A stretch of DNA of 64,000 nucleotides from an uncultured Acidobacteriota bacterium (GCA_963770895.1 CAVYRF010000001.1:1664001-1728000); one strand, 5' to 3'. Numbered from the stretch's first letter, positions 19,036 to 29,546 are shown. Made by a program: numbers and translations. The notes: a model not told the origin generated them from the letters alone.

Positions 19036-19557
19036 ATGAGCGAGCCGAGCTCCTTTGCCGCCACCGGCCTGCGATGCCGGTTGTTTTACGATTCTGCGCA
19101 CGCCGCAGTCGGTGGCGCCGCCGCCGGCGGCGAGTGCGTCGCGATCGACCTGGCCGGTGACGCGGGCGCGGCCGAGCCGTTGCGGCGCCTGGGTCTGCGG
19201 GTGCCGGACGACCTGCCGGTGGCGCTGCTCGCGGCGGCGGACGGGCGCCTGAAGGTGGTCGGTGCACGGCTGACTGCTGGAGAGGTCGAGCGCCTGGCCG
19301 CCGGCCACGCCTGGATGCCGGCCGAAACCGTCGTCTATGCCGCCAGCTGGTGCGGCGACTGCCGGCGGACCAAGCGGCAGCTGCAGGAAGCGGGAGTGCG
19401 CTACGCCGAGGTGGACATCGAGCACGATGCGGCGGCCGAAGCGCTGGTGCTGGCGCGCAGCGGCGGCCGCCGGGTGGTCCCCACCTTGCAGCTGGACGGT
19501 CGCCTGTGGGCCTTCAACCCCGAACCGCCGTTGCTGCGCCGCCTGCTCGCGCCCTGA
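19036..19557 (+). CDS. Glutaredoxin/mycoredoxin-like protein
   Basis: YAASWCGDC; EVDIE; VVPTL. Confidence 0.75.
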   Translation: MSEPSSFAATGLRCRLFYDSAHAAVGGAAAGGECVAIDLAGDAGAAEPLRRLGLRVPDDLPVALLAAADGRLKVVGARLTAGEVERLAAGHAWMPAETVVYAASWCGDCRRTKRQLQEAGVRYAEVDIEHDAAAEALVLARSGGRRVVPTLQLDGRLWAFNPEPPLLRRLLAP

Positions 19558-19681
19558 ATGCAGCCAGCGAGCGCGCCGACCGCGTCTGGCCGCGTCCGGC
19601 GGCGGGAGGGGCGCCCGCGGGGTGCGGCGCGGCGGCGATCCGGGTGCGTGTGGCGTGCCGGAATGTCTTGAGGAGGGAGTC

Positions 19682-20476
19682 ATGAGGATTGCGGTCTGTC
19701 TCAAGCAGGTCCCCAACACCGAGGCGCGGCTGCGCATCAGCCGCGACGGCAAGGGGCTGGACGAAGAGGACCTGCCGTTCATCGTCAACGAGAGCGACGA
19801 ATACGCCCTCGAAGAGGGGCTGCGCCTGGCCGAACAGAGCGGCGGCGAGGTGGTGGCGATCAGCCTCGGCCCGGAGCGGGTGCGCGAGGCGCTGCGCAAG
19901 GCGCTGGCGGTGGGCGCGGCGCGCGCCGTGCACCTGGTGGACCCGGCCTTTGCCGGCGGCGATGCGCTGGCCACCGGCCGCGCCCTGGCGGCGGCCGTGG
20001 GGCGCGAGCCGTTCGACCTGGTGCTCACCGGGTCGCAGTCGGACGACGCCGGCTACGGCGCCACCGGCTCGGTGCTCGCCGGGCACCTGGGCTGGCCGCA
20101 CGTCTGGCTGGTGATGGGGGTCGAGATCGAAGCGGGCGGCAAGAGCGCCAAGGTGACGCGCGAGATGGAAAGCGGCGTCAACGAGATCTCGCGCGTCGCG
20201 CTGCCGGCCGTGCTGCAGATCCAGGCCGGCATCAACCATCCGCGCTACGCCTCGCTCAAGGGCATCATGCAGGCCAAGAAGAAGGAGATCGCCGCCTTGG
20301 GCGCGGCCGACCTGGGGCTCGACCCGGCGACCGTGGGCGCCGCGGGCTCGCGGCTCGAAGTTCTCTCGGTGGCGGCGCCGGCGGCGGGCAAGGAGGTGCA
20401 GATCCTGGGCGGCGATGCCAAGGCCGCCGCCGCCGCGCTGGTCGAAAAGCTGCAAAAGGAAGCGAGGGTGCTCTGA
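19682..20476 (+). CDS. etfB: Electron transfer flavoprotein beta subunit
   Basis: MRIAVCLKQVP; DEYALEEG; PRYASLKGIMQAKKK. Confidence 0.93.
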   Translation: MRIAVCLKQVPNTEARLRISRDGKGLDEEDLPFIVNESDEYALEEGLRLAEQSGGEVVAISLGPERVREALRKALAVGAARAVHLVDPAFAGGDALATGRALAAAVGREPFDLVLTGSQSDDAGYGATGSVLAGHLGWPHVWLVMGVEIEAGGKSAKVTREMESGVNEISRVALPAVLQIQAGINHPRYASLKGIMQAKKKEIAALGAADLGLDPATVGAAGSRLEVLSVAAPAAGKEVQILGGDAKAAAAALVEKLQKEARVL

Positions 20477-21489
20477 TGGCGAAGCGGATCTGGGTGGTGC
20501 CGCAGCTGCGCGAAGGGCAGCTGTCGCGCGGTTCGTGGGAGGCCGTGGCGGCGGCACAGCGTTTAGCCAAGGCGTGTGCGTCGCCGGCGCCGACGGCGCT
20601 GCTGCTCGGCCACGACCTGGGCGGGGCGGCGGCGGAGGCGGCGCGGCGCGATCTGTCGGCGGTGCGCGTCGCCGATCATCCGGCGCTCGCGGCCTACACG
20701 CCGGGCGCCTGGATCGGCGTGCTCAAGGCGGCGCTCGACTCCGGCGCGACCGAGGAGCGCCCCGACTTCGTGGTTTTTCCCCATACCTACCAGACGGTGG
20801 ACTTCGCGCCGCGCCTGGCCCAGGCGGCGGGGGCCGGCCTGGTGCCCGAGGCGACCGGCTTCACCATGACGGAGGACGAGGGCCTGGTCTGGACGCGGCC
20901 CGTTCTGGCCGGCAAGCTCCAGGCGCGGGTGCGCGTGCGCGGTCTTGGCACGGCGCTGGTGTCGGTCCAGTCGGGGTCCTTTCCCGCCGACTCGGTCGAG
21001 ATGGCGGCGGCGGGGGCCTCGGTGCCGGTGCAGCCGCTGGCCGTCGACGCGGCGGCGATCCGGCCGGACCGCGAGGTCCTGGGCTACGAGCAGGTGGCCG
21101 CGCAGCAGGTCGATCTCACCAAGGCGGACATCGTCCTGGCGGTCGGCCGCGGCATCGGCGGCGCCGACAAGATGGGGCCGGCCGAAGAGCTGGCGCGCGA
21201 GCTGGGCGCCGAGATCGGCGCCAGCCGGCCGGTCATCGACAGCGGCTGGCTGCCGCGCGAGCGCCAGATCGGGTCGAGCGGCCAGACCGTCGCGCCGCGG
21301 CTCTATATCGCGGTGGGCATCTCGGGCGCCATCCAGCACCTGGTCGGCATGAAAGGCTCGTCGGTCGTGGTGGCGATCAACAAGGACCCCAGCGCGCCCA
21401 TTTTCAGCATCGCCGACTACGGCGTGGTCGGCGACCTGCACGAGGTGCTGCCGGCCCTGACCGCCGCGGTGCGCGCCGCCAGGGCTTGA
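20476..21489 (+). CDS. etfA: Electron transfer flavoprotein alpha subunit
   Basis: GASRPVID; [29 protein letters not shown]; AINKD. Confidence 0.95.
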   Translation: MAKRIWVVPQLREGQLSRGSWEAVAAAQRLAKACASPAPTALLLGHDLGGAAAEAARRDLSAVRVADHPALAAYTPGAWIGVLKAALDSGATEERPDFVVFPHTYQTVDFAPRLAQAAGAGLVPEATGFTMTEDEGLVWTRPVLAGKLQARVRVRGLGTALVSVQSGSFPADSVEMAAAGASVPVQPLAVDAAAIRPDREVLGYEQVAAQQVDLTKADIVLAVGRGIGGADKMGPAEELARELGAEIGASRPVIDSGWLPRERQIGSSGQTVAPRLYIAVGISGAIQHLVGMKGSSVVVAINKDPSAPIFSIADYGVVGDLHEVLPALTAAVRAARA

Positions 21490-21580
21490 CCGCCCGCCCC
21501 GGCGCCGCCCCGCTTCGCGGTCGGCCGGCCTCCATAGTATTGTCTCACCTACGCGCGGCGATGCTGCGTGGCCCCCGGCC

Positions 21581-22936
21581 GTGAACGAACCCTCCATGGA
21601 AGACCTCGTGCAGTTGCCAGAGGTCGTGGCTCTGCACCGGCACTTCGACGCCAAGAACCTCAGCCGTCTGCGCTGGCTGCTGGTGATGGTGGCGTCCATG
21701 GCGCTCATCGGCCTGGCGGTGGCCACCGCCACCCGCGTGTCGGCAGGGCGGGTGGCGTTCTACGTCGCCAACCTGGTCGCCGTCGCCGTGTTCATCGCGG
21801 TCTACCGCGAGCGCTTCTTCGAGCGCTACTTCCGCCAGATCCTGGTCGCCTACTTCTTCGTGCAGATGGCGCTGCCCGAAGTCTGGACCGTCCGCTCCGG
21901 CACCGACGGGGTGGTGCAGTTCGGGTCGCTCTTCCCGCTGGTGTTGATGGCGTTTCGCCTGCGCCTGCTGGAGCACCTGGTCCTCTACGGCGTCTTCTGG
22001 GTGTCCAGCGTGCTGCTGCGGATGGCGCCCTACTTCGCCGCCGGGCCGACCGGCGTCCGGGCGCCGAGCGATACCGAAAGCATCGGCCTGTCGGTCGTCA
22101 CCGGTCTCTGCCTGGTCGGCGCGGTCGTCTGGACCCAGGTCGACAAGCGGCGCTTCCTGGCCGGCTGGCGGCGGGAGTACGCGCGTTCGCGCGAGCGCCT
22201 GCGGATGCGCGAAGAGATCGAATACGCGCGCAAGATCCAGCTCAGCATGCTGCCGCAGGCGCCGCCCGACATCCCGTGGCTCGACCTGTCGGCGGCCTCG
22301 CTGCCGGCGACGGAGGTGGGCGGCGACTACTACGACACCTTCCGGCTCGGCCCGACGCAGCTGGTGCTGGTGATCGCCGACGTCTCCGGCCACGGTCTGG
22401 CCTCGGGCCTGCTGCTGTCGGGCGTGCGCAGCTGCCTCTACCTGCTGGAAGACGAGCTGGCATCGCCGGGAGTGCTGGCGCGGCTCGACGGCATGGTCCG
22501 CCGCACCACCGACCGGCGCACCTACGTGACGCTGCTGCTCGCCGTGATCGACCATCAGGCGGGCACCCTCACGGTCACCAGCGCCGGCCATCCGCCGCTG
22601 CTGCACTACCAGGCCGCCACCTCCACCGTCCAAAGCGTCGGCAGCGGCGCGCCCCCCCTGGGCACCTTCTCGGGGGCGCGCTACAGCCGCGACCAGGTGG
22701 CGATCGCCGCCGGCGACCTGCTGGTCGTCTACACCGACGGCGTCACCGAGATGCGCAACGACCAGGACACCGAATACGGCGAGGACCGCCTGCGGCGGGC
22801 GCTCATCCGCGCCGTCGCCGTGCCCCGCGCCACCGGCCGCCAGGTGCGCGACAGCATGCTCTCTGACCTCGCCAACTTCAAGGGCAGCGTCGAGCAGGCC
22901 GACGACATCACCCTGGTCGTAGCGCGCCTGCGCTGA
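21581..22936 (+). CDS. Membrane-bound PP2C/SpoIIE (RsbU-like) phosphatase
   Basis: EVGGDYYD; IADVSGHG; SAGHPP; YTDGVTE; DDITLV; N-terminal TMs. Confidence 0.9.
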   Translation: MNEPSMEDLVQLPEVVALHRHFDAKNLSRLRWLLVMVASMALIGLAVATATRVSAGRVAFYVANLVAVAVFIAVYRERFFERYFRQILVAYFFVQMALPEVWTVRSGTDGVVQFGSLFPLVLMAFRLRLLEHLVLYGVFWVSSVLLRMAPYFAAGPTGVRAPSDTESIGLSVVTGLCLVGAVVWTQVDKRRFLAGWRREYARSRERLRMREEIEYARKIQLSMLPQAPPDIPWLDLSAASLPATEVGGDYYDTFRLGPTQLVLVIADVSGHGLASGLLLSGVRSCLYLLEDELASPGVLARLDGMVRRTTDRRTYVTLLLAVIDHQAGTLTVTSAGHPPLLHYQAATSTVQSVGSGAPPLGTFSGARYSRDQVAIAAGDLLVVYTDGVTEMRNDQDTEYGEDRLRRALIRAVAVPRATGRQVRDSMLSDLANFKGSVEQADDITLVVARLR

Positions 22937-22937
22937 C

Positions 22938-24755
22938 ATGGCGCCGCCTCCCCTCGCGGACCCGCCGCGGCCGGCGGCCCAGACTGCCCCCGCGCCCCGC
23001 CGCGGCGGCGGCGGAGGGGCGGCGAGCGTCGGGGTGGGAATCCTGCTCAGCCGCCTGGCGGGGCTCGCCCGCGAGCAGACGGTGGCGTTTTTCTTCGGCG
23101 TCGGGCCGCACGCCGACGCCTTGACCGCCGCGCTGCGGGTGCCCAACGCGCTGCAAAACCTGCTCGGCGAGGGCGCCCTGTCGGCCGCCTTCATCCCGAT
23201 CTACAGCCGCCTGCTGGAAGAAGGCCGGCGCGAAGAAGCGGGGCGCTTCGCCGGCGCCATCTTCGGCCTGCTGCTGGCGGCGGCCGCGGGCCTGGCGCTC
23301 ACCGGCATCGCCCTGGCGCGGCCGCTGGTGGCGCTGCTCGCCCCCGGTTTTCTGGCGGACGCGGCGGCGGTGGCGGCCGGCCACGCGGCGGTCGACCGCT
23401 ACGCGCTGTCGGTGGCGGCGGTGCGGATTCTCTTCCCCATGACCGGCTGCCTGGTGCTCTCGGTGTGGGCGCTCGGCGTCCTCAACAGCCACCGCCGCTT
23501 CTTCCTGCCGTACTTCGCGCCCGTGCTCTGGAACTCCGCCATGATCGCGGCGCTCCTGATCGCCGGTCACGCCTGGCAGGCCGTGCCTGGGGCCGGTGGG
23601 GCAGCCGGCGGTGTCGGCGCCGGCGCCGGCAGTGCCGGCAGCGCCGGCGTCCACGCCGTGACGGCCGCCGTGCGCGACCACCTGCTGACGGCTTTCTGCT
23701 GGGGAGCGCTCGCCGGCGGCCTGCTGCAATTCCTGGTGCAGCTGCCGGGCGTAGCGCGGGTCATCCGCGGCTTCCGGCTGTCGTTTTCGCCGCGCGTGCC
23801 GGGCGTGCGCGACGCCCTGCGCGCCTGGGGTCCCGTCGTGGCGGGCCGCGGCGTGGTGCAGATCGCGGGCTACGTGGACCTCTTCCTGGCGACCCTCCTT
23901 GCCACCGGCGCCGCCGGCGCCGACCGCTACGCCCAGATGCTCTACATCCTGCCGATCAGCCTCTTCGGCATGTCCATCGCCGCCTCCGAGCTGCCCGAGC
24001 TGTCGCGCCTGCGCGCCGAGGCCGATTCCCCGGCGCTCCTCGCCCGCGTCCGCCGCGCCCTGGGCGCCGTCGCCTTCTTCAACGTGCCGACCGTGGTGGG
24101 CTATCTCCTGTTCGGCTACGTCGTCGTCGGCGCCGTCTATCGCCGCGGCAGCTTCGGCGGCGCCGACAACGGCCTGGTCTACCTGGCGCTCTGCGGCTAC
24201 AGCACCGGCATCCTGGCCACCACCGCCTCGCGCCTGCTGCAAAACACTTTCTACGCCCTGGGCGACACCCGTTCACCCGCCCGCATCGCCGTCCTGCGCG
24301 TGGTCACCGCCGCCCTGGTCGCCCTGCCCCTCATGTTCTGGCTGGACCGCTTCCCGCTGCCGTCGCTCTTCGGGCCGCAGCCGCCGTCGCAGCCCCTCTT
24401 CATGGGAGTGTTGGGCCTGTCCCTGGCCTCCGGCACCGGCGCCTGGATCGAGCTCACCCGCCTGCGCCAAGCCCTGCGCCGCCGCCTCCCGACCTTCGAC
24501 CTCCCCTGGGCCGACAACCTTCGCCTCATCCTGCTGGCCCTGGCCGCCGCCGCGCCCGCCGCCTGCCTGTGGCGATGGTTCGCCCGCCGCCCCGGCCACC
24601 TGACCCTGCCGCAAGCCGCCGCCGTCCTGCTCACCTACGGCCTCTGCTACCTCCTCGCCGCCCGCCTGGCCCACCGCCCCGAGCTGGCCGCCGCCACCAC
24701 CCGCCTGAGCAACCGCTTCCGCCGCCCCCCCCGCGGCCCCGCCGCCCCCCGCTGA
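22938..24755 (+). CDS. murJ: Lipid II flippase MurJ
   Basis: SRLAGLARE; RVPNALQNLLGEGALSAAFIP; FYALGDTRSP. Confidence 0.93.
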   Translation: MAPPPLADPPRPAAQTAPAPRRGGGGGAASVGVGILLSRLAGLAREQTVAFFFGVGPHADALTAALRVPNALQNLLGEGALSAAFIPIYSRLLEEGRREEAGRFAGAIFGLLLAAAAGLALTGIALARPLVALLAPGFLADAAAVAAGHAAVDRYALSVAAVRILFPMTGCLVLSVWALGVLNSHRRFFLPYFAPVLWNSAMIAALLIAGHAWQAVPGAGGAAGGVGAGAGSAGSAGVHAVTAAVRDHLLTAFCWGALAGGLLQFLVQLPGVARVIRGFRLSFSPRVPGVRDALRAWGPVVAGRGVVQIAGYVDLFLATLLATGAAGADRYAQMLYILPISLFGMSIAASELPELSRLRAEADSPALLARVRRALGAVAFFNVPTVVGYLLFGYVVVGAVYRRGSFGGADNGLVYLALCGYSTGILATTASRLLQNTFYALGDTRSPARIAVLRVVTAALVALPLMFWLDRFPLPSLFGPQPPSQPLFMGVLGLSLASGTGAWIELTRLRQALRRRLPTFDLPWADNLRLILLALAAAAPAACLWRWFARRPGHLTLPQAAAVLLTYGLCYLLAARLAHRPELAAATTRLSNRFRRPPRGPAAPR

Positions 24756-24805
24756 TCCACGGCCCCGCGCGCTGCAACGTTGTCGGCCTGGCCGATCGAC
24801 CCTGG

Positions 24806-24834
24806 GGCTGCGTGAGCCTGCGGCTCACGCAGCC
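24806..24834. repeat. Perfect 13-bp-stem palindrome (REP-like or terminator)
   Basis: GGCTGCGTGAGCC-TGC-GGCTCACGCAGCC between convergent genes; a degenerate half copy lies at about 24850. Confidence 0.55.
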
Positions 24835-24974
24835 TCTCGCGCACATCAAGGGCTGCGTGCGCCCTCGGCTTTCGCTCTGTCGATGCCTGTGGGGCGGTGC
24901 AGGGAGATGTGGTGATTGCAGCAAAATTTTGCACGCGGTCCCGCCGGAGCGGGACCGGTGTCCTCAGGCGGGGC

Positions 24975-25439
24975 TCAGCGGGCGAGGGCGATCTGGGGTT
25001 GCAGGTAGTTGGACATGAGGTCTTCGAGATCGCTGGCGGAGGCGCCGCCGGTGAGGCGCGAGACCATTTCGCCATGCTGGAAGACCAGGAGGGTGGGGAG
25101 GGCCTGGACGCCGTAGCGGCGGGCGGCGAAGGGGCTCCAGGTGAAGTTGACGCGCACGACGCGGGCGCGGTTGCCGAGCCTGGCTGCCAGCGCGGCGAGC
25201 GGGGTTTCCATCTCGCGGCAGGGGATGCACCACGAAGACCAGAACGCCACCAGCACCGGCACGTCGGCGTGCAGCACGGTGCGGCCGAAGCTCAGGTCGG
25301 AAGCGCTCAGCACCTTCGCCGCGACAGGGGCGGACAGCTTGGCCGTCGGGCTGGCCGCGTTGGCCGTGCCCACGGACGAGGTCGACAGGATCGCGCAGAG
25401 GCACACGGCCACGATCAAGCAGACGGCTGGGCGGCGCAT
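24975..25439 (-). CDS. Exported thioredoxin
   Basis: Signal peptide; PVLVAFWSSWCIPC; YGVQALPTLLVF. Confidence 0.85.
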   Translation of the reverse strand: MRRPAVCLIVAVCLCAILSTSSVGTANAASPTAKLSAPVAAKVLSASDLSFGRTVLHADVPVLVAFWSSWCIPCREMETPLAALAARLGNRARVVRVNFTWSPFAARRYGVQALPTLLVFQHGEMVSRLTGGASASDLEDLMSNYLQPQIALAR

Positions 25440-25441
25440 GG

Positions 25442-26467
25442 CTACTTTCCTCCCTTGGCAATCGGAGACGGTGTGGAGGCCGCCGCGGCGGCTGCGATCG
25501 AGTCGGCGGCGATACCGGTGAAGCTGTTGGCGTGGCCGGCACAGGAGCCGGTGGCGGCATATTGCGGCGCGTCGCCGGCGGCGCGGCGGATGGCGGCGGT
25601 CGTCTGGAAGGCGGCTTCGACGGAGGCCGAACCGCGGTTTGTGGACACCGCGACGCTGCTCGTGAAGCCTTCCGCCGCATCGCCTGGCGCAGGCTCCGAC
25701 CCGGAGGGGGTGCCGGCGGCATCGGCTGCAGGCGCCATGGCGGCGAGCCACAGCGGCCGCACGAACGGTTCGCAGCGCACCTCGTGGTGCTCGTCGGTGC
25801 TCGACACGGCGACGACGTTACGGCCCAGGGCGACAGCAGCCGTGACGAAGCCGCCCGAGTAGCAGGGATCGGCAATCAGGATGAGCTTGCCAAAAGGCAG
25901 CACGGCGATCCGCTGCAGCAGATCGTTCGCCGAGATCGAGCCGTGCCGCAGTCCCAGCACCGTGTGGCCAAAGGCGCGGTAGGCATGGCCCGTCAGATAG
26001 ACCAGCAGCAAGTCGCCGGGGCGCAGCCGCTCCCGCAGGCTCGACACCGCCTGCCGCAAGCCCTCGTCGCTGGCGTCGCGGCGCCAGATCGGGACGACAC
26101 CCGCCGCGGCGCCGTTGCCGTCCCTGTCTTCGCCGGCGGCATTTGTCACACCCGCCGCCGGCGCCAGCGCGAACGTATCGGCCGGTGCATAGCCCAGGCG
26201 GGGCAGTGCGGTGAGCGCCAGGGCGACGTTCATGTTGTGGGTGAAGGCGTCGTCGCCGTTGATGATCAGTGCAAACTGGCGGGCGACCGGCTGCCGGGCA
26301 GCCCTCCCATTGCCGTCGGTCGCCACGCCCGCAGCCGTCGGTCCGGACGACGCAGCCATGCCGGCAGCTGGCAATCCGAACGTCGCGGCCACCGCCAGCG
26401 CCACGCCAATCGCAAACTCCGGGAATCGCCCGGCGCGGCGACCGCGCTCGGCATTTCTGCGTTTCAT
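25442..26467 (-). CDS. Secreted caspase-fold (C13/C14-like) cysteine peptidase
   Basis: FALIING; LLVYLTGHA (His); LILIADPCYSGGF (Cys); signal peptide; GGAGG RBS. Confidence 0.75.
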   Translation of the reverse strand: MKRRNAERGRRAGRFPEFAIGVALAVAATFGLPAAGMAASSGPTAAGVATDGNGRAARQPVARQFALIINGDDAFTHNMNVALALTALPRLGYAPADTFALAPAAGVTNAAGEDRDGNGAAAGVVPIWRRDASDEGLRQAVSSLRERLRPGDLLLVYLTGHAYRAFGHTVLGLRHGSISANDLLQRIAVLPFGKLILIADPCYSGGFVTAAVALGRNVVAVSSTDEHHEVRCEPFVRPLWLAAMAPAADAAGTPSGSEPAPGDAAEGFTSSVAVSTNRGSASVEAAFQTTAAIRRAAGDAPQYAATGSCAGHANSFTGIAADSIAAAAAASTPSPIAKGGK

Positions 26468-26469
26468 GA

Positions 26470-26522
26470 TTTGCCTCCGTTTTCGACGAAGCCCAGATTA
26501 GGGCTCGCGGCAAGGAGGCAAA
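26470..26522 (-). promoter_or_regulatory. RBS-sequestering leader hairpin
   Basis: On the mRNA strand TTTGCCTCC can pair with GGAGGCAAA (the RBS) and enclose an inner GAGCCC/GGGCTT hairpin. Confidence 0.45.
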
Positions 26523-26742
26523 ATCGGCGGGAAAGCCGACTTCAGATCGGCAAGAGTCGAGTTCGCGTGTAAGACAGAATGCTACAGGGCGTAGGAGTCC
26601 CCGCCAGGGGCCCAGCGATCATCCGGCAGGTTCAGGGCATGACCGCCCTGGAAAATGACTGCCGCCGCCCGGCCAGGGCAGCCAGGTTTCGTGAGGTCCG
26701 GCGCCCCCCGTACGGAGGGGAGGGACGCTGCCGCAACGTTCG

Positions 26743-29196
26743 CTACTTGAACGAGAAGGTCGGCGGCTTGGCCGCTGGGGTCGTCCAGTGGACCTTCAGG
26801 AATTCCCGCACCTCGGCGAGGGCCTCAAAACTTGCGGCTGGGCCCATGGCCGCGTCTTCGAGATCCGTCCAGACGGTGCGTAGCTGCTCGTGGCCGAGGC
26901 CCAACCGGTCAAGTCGGTCGACCGCACTACGGCAGAGGGCCACCGCCTTGTCTGTTGCGCCTCGGCGAATATGGACTTCAAAGAGGTATAGGAGATCGAG
27001 AAATGCCTCGCGGTAAGCTTCTTGATCGAATGCATGCGCGATCAGCGCTTCGAAGAGCTGCACCGCCTCCTTGGTGCGACCCAGGGCCTCCAGCAGTCTT
27101 GCAGCGAGGAAGTCACCGCGTCGCCTGGTGGTCGGCGGCGCATTGGAGCCACGCAGCGGCTCCGCCTGATCAAACACCTGCAACGCCTGGTCGATTTCGC
27201 CCAGGTCGATCAGGCAGTCGGTGCGGATGAACTCGGCCAGGCATCGCAAGGCGGTATCCGTGGACGGAATGATAGGTATTGCCTGCGCCACGACTGTCAA
27301 TGCCCGCCCTGGGTCAGTGTCCAGGAGTGTGTGCGCCATCTGCACCATGGTCCGGGCGACAAGCGGCCAAGCCTGGTTGCTTTCGTAAAGCTGAATGCAG
27401 TCTTCGAGCGCAGCCAAGGCCTCGACGCGGAGCCCTTGATCCGCCGAAAGAGATGCAGCGATCGATTGTGCCCTTGTTCTTAGTAGAGGCTCGCCAGTGC
27501 CCTGGTCCAAGTGCTTCCTGGCTTGTACAAGGGCGGCGGTTGCCTTGCTCCATTCGGATGCGACACGGCGGGCATTTGCAACCTCTGCCCACAGCCGCGC
27601 TTGCAGGTCATGCTTGAGCGAGGCGGGTGCATCCATAGCTGCAATCGCCTGCAAGGCCAAGCTTGCCGTGAATTCGGCGTCATCGCGGGAATCTGCCTGA
27701 CAAACGCCCGCGATGAGCAGGTCCACGAAGGCAGTGGTGTGATACTCGCGAGATTGAATAATTCGCGCACGCTGCTCGCCTCTCGTAGCATGTTGAAGGC
27801 GAGACCAAAGCGCCTTGGCGATAAGTGATTCGACAATCCCCCAAGCCTTGTCGATTTCGAGGCGGTTTACGTGAGAAGGAAGTCGCTCCAGATCTCTTAC
27901 CGGCTTCGGCGCGGAAGGTGAGGCGCGGTTGTCTTGCCCGCTGCAGTTCTCTCGGGCCTCCCTTACCGTCAGTTCGTCCAGGCACCTATTGTGCGCGGCA
28001 GCTACGATCTTTGCCAAGGTCAGTCGGAGCTGTTCGTGAACCGGGACCCCTCTGCGGTCAAGCTCGTCCAGGACGCGTTGTCCCAAACCCGCCGCATGGT
28101 CGATTGATCCGAGCCGCACGTGAAATCCAAAGATATAGAAAAGATCGAGCACCGCATCTTTGATCAGGCCGCGGTCAAGGGCGTCGCTTACTACCGCGTC
28201 AAATAGCACCTCTGCATGTTGAGTATAGCCGATACCTTCGAGAAGGCGCGCCGCAATAAAATTGGAACGCAAATCAGCATTCGGTCGAACGTGCGCTCGC
28301 TGCAGTCGCTCAGACTCGGCAAAGGTGCACAAGGCTTCCTGCAGGCGGCCAAGGACCATCAGGCAGTCGGTGCGGATTCGTTCGGCGTCGGAGCGGAGGC
28401 TGAACTCATCCGATGCGACATAGATTCTTGCTTGGTCCAAGAAGGCCAGTGCCTGCGCCGGCTCATAGTCTGTGACGCAGTTAGCCATTTTGATCAGCAC
28501 CTGGCCCACCAGTGGCCAGTCATTCCGATCGGTATGAATTTTTCGGCACTTGTCCAGCGAAACCATGGCTGGATCCCATCTGCCTTGGTCTCCCAGGAGC
28601 GAGGCCACTATGGAGTGATATCGAGACCTAAGATTTGGGTCGCCCGTACCCGTCGTGCTGAACCCATCGGCCCGAAGCAGCGCTGCTCCGGCGGCCTGCC
28701 ATTCGCCGCGAATTCGGCGCAAGTTTGCGGTTTCAATCCAGATCGCCGCCAGACGATCGTTCTTGAATCCTGCATTTCCTTCGTCCGCGTCCATCCCTTG
28801 CGTCGCGAGCAATGCCAGGTTGCCAACAGATTGGGCTTTTTCCCTTGGCTGAGGTACCCGCAGGACACCCAAAAGAGCGTCGAGAAAGGAAGGCGAATGG
28901 CAGGCGCGGGAAAGGATCACCCTCTCCTTTTGGGCGCCGCGCGTCAGGCGTAGCAACTCACCAAGCTTCGCTCTTGCCAGGAGACGCTCAACCGCGATGC
29001 CTTTTTCAAACGTGGCCAGGTCGATGAGAACCTTTAGAAGCGTCGCACTCTTTGCCGTAAACGGACGTTCCCCCTGGAGACCGAGGGCGAGAGCGCGGCA
29101 GGTGCGGCACACTGCAAGGTGAGCCGCGACCTGCTCGATTTCAGTCCAGCCCCCTTCGCTGGAGCGACATATTTCCTCTTTGGTCAAGTGGTTCAT
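26743..29196 (-). CDS. TPR-like protein with N-terminal HxxxCxxC zinc finger and two internally duplicated ~350-aa modules
   Basis: HLAVCRTCR; paired motifs WIETANLRRIRGEW/WAEVANARRVASEW and WPLVGQVL/WPLVARTM; codon usage visibly less GC-rich than flanking genes. Confidence 0.8.
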   Translation of the reverse strand: MNHLTKEEICRSSEGGWTEIEQVAAHLAVCRTCRALALGLQGERPFTAKSATLLKVLIDLATFEKGIAVERLLARAKLGELLRLTRGAQKERVILSRACHSPSFLDALLGVLRVPQPREKAQSVGNLALLATQGMDADEGNAGFKNDRLAAIWIETANLRRIRGEWQAAGAALLRADGFSTTGTGDPNLRSRYHSIVASLLGDQGRWDPAMVSLDKCRKIHTDRNDWPLVGQVLIKMANCVTDYEPAQALAFLDQARIYVASDEFSLRSDAERIRTDCLMVLGRLQEALCTFAESERLQRAHVRPNADLRSNFIAARLLEGIGYTQHAEVLFDAVVSDALDRGLIKDAVLDLFYIFGFHVRLGSIDHAAGLGQRVLDELDRRGVPVHEQLRLTLAKIVAAAHNRCLDELTVREARENCSGQDNRASPSAPKPVRDLERLPSHVNRLEIDKAWGIVESLIAKALWSRLQHATRGEQRARIIQSREYHTTAFVDLLIAGVCQADSRDDAEFTASLALQAIAAMDAPASLKHDLQARLWAEVANARRVASEWSKATAALVQARKHLDQGTGEPLLRTRAQSIAASLSADQGLRVEALAALEDCIQLYESNQAWPLVARTMVQMAHTLLDTDPGRALTVVAQAIPIIPSTDTALRCLAEFIRTDCLIDLGEIDQALQVFDQAEPLRGSNAPPTTRRRGDFLAARLLEALGRTKEAVQLFEALIAHAFDQEAYREAFLDLLYLFEVHIRRGATDKAVALCRSAVDRLDRLGLGHEQLRTVWTDLEDAAMGPAASFEALAEVREFLKVHWTTPAAKPPTFSFK

Positions 29197-29326
29197 TTAA
29201 GTGATTCCTGCCTGACGATGGCGACGCTGGAACTTTAGCCTATCGCGGAATACGGCCGCCAGTACACTGCGGAAAGACGAGGGGGGCGTTTCTTCCTGGA
29301 GCTCCCCCTCGCGGAGCATGCAAGCC

Positions 29327-29422
29327 TCAGCTGTTGGGGTCGTAGCCGGCTCCGTGGTCCGAAATCAGGGAACGAGGAGACGTGCCGAAGAAAGACAGGA
29401 TACGCAGAACCAGTCGAAGCAT
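29327..29422 (-). CDS. 31-aa peptide MLRLVLRILSFFGTSPRSLISDHGAGYDPNS
   Basis: GGAGGGAG RBS 5 nt before the ATG; co-oriented directly upstream of the TPR gene. Confidence 0.6.
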   Translation of the reverse strand: MLRLVLRILSFFGTSPRSLISDHGAGYDPNS

Positions 29423-29546
29423 GGTTGCTCCCTCCGGGACAGGTGACCGCACGAGCAAGGTGCCGGGCGGAATGGGTGTCCCTATGTCTGGAGTCTCCGC
29501 CTGTCGGGGCCGAAGGACAAGCACATGCTTCGAGACGGGAGCCTCG

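Noticed and set aside
26510-26560. c-di-GMP-I riboswitch-like GGCAAA...GAAA
   Set aside because: No CGCAAA/P3 element, and it is on the wrong strand for the adjacent gene.
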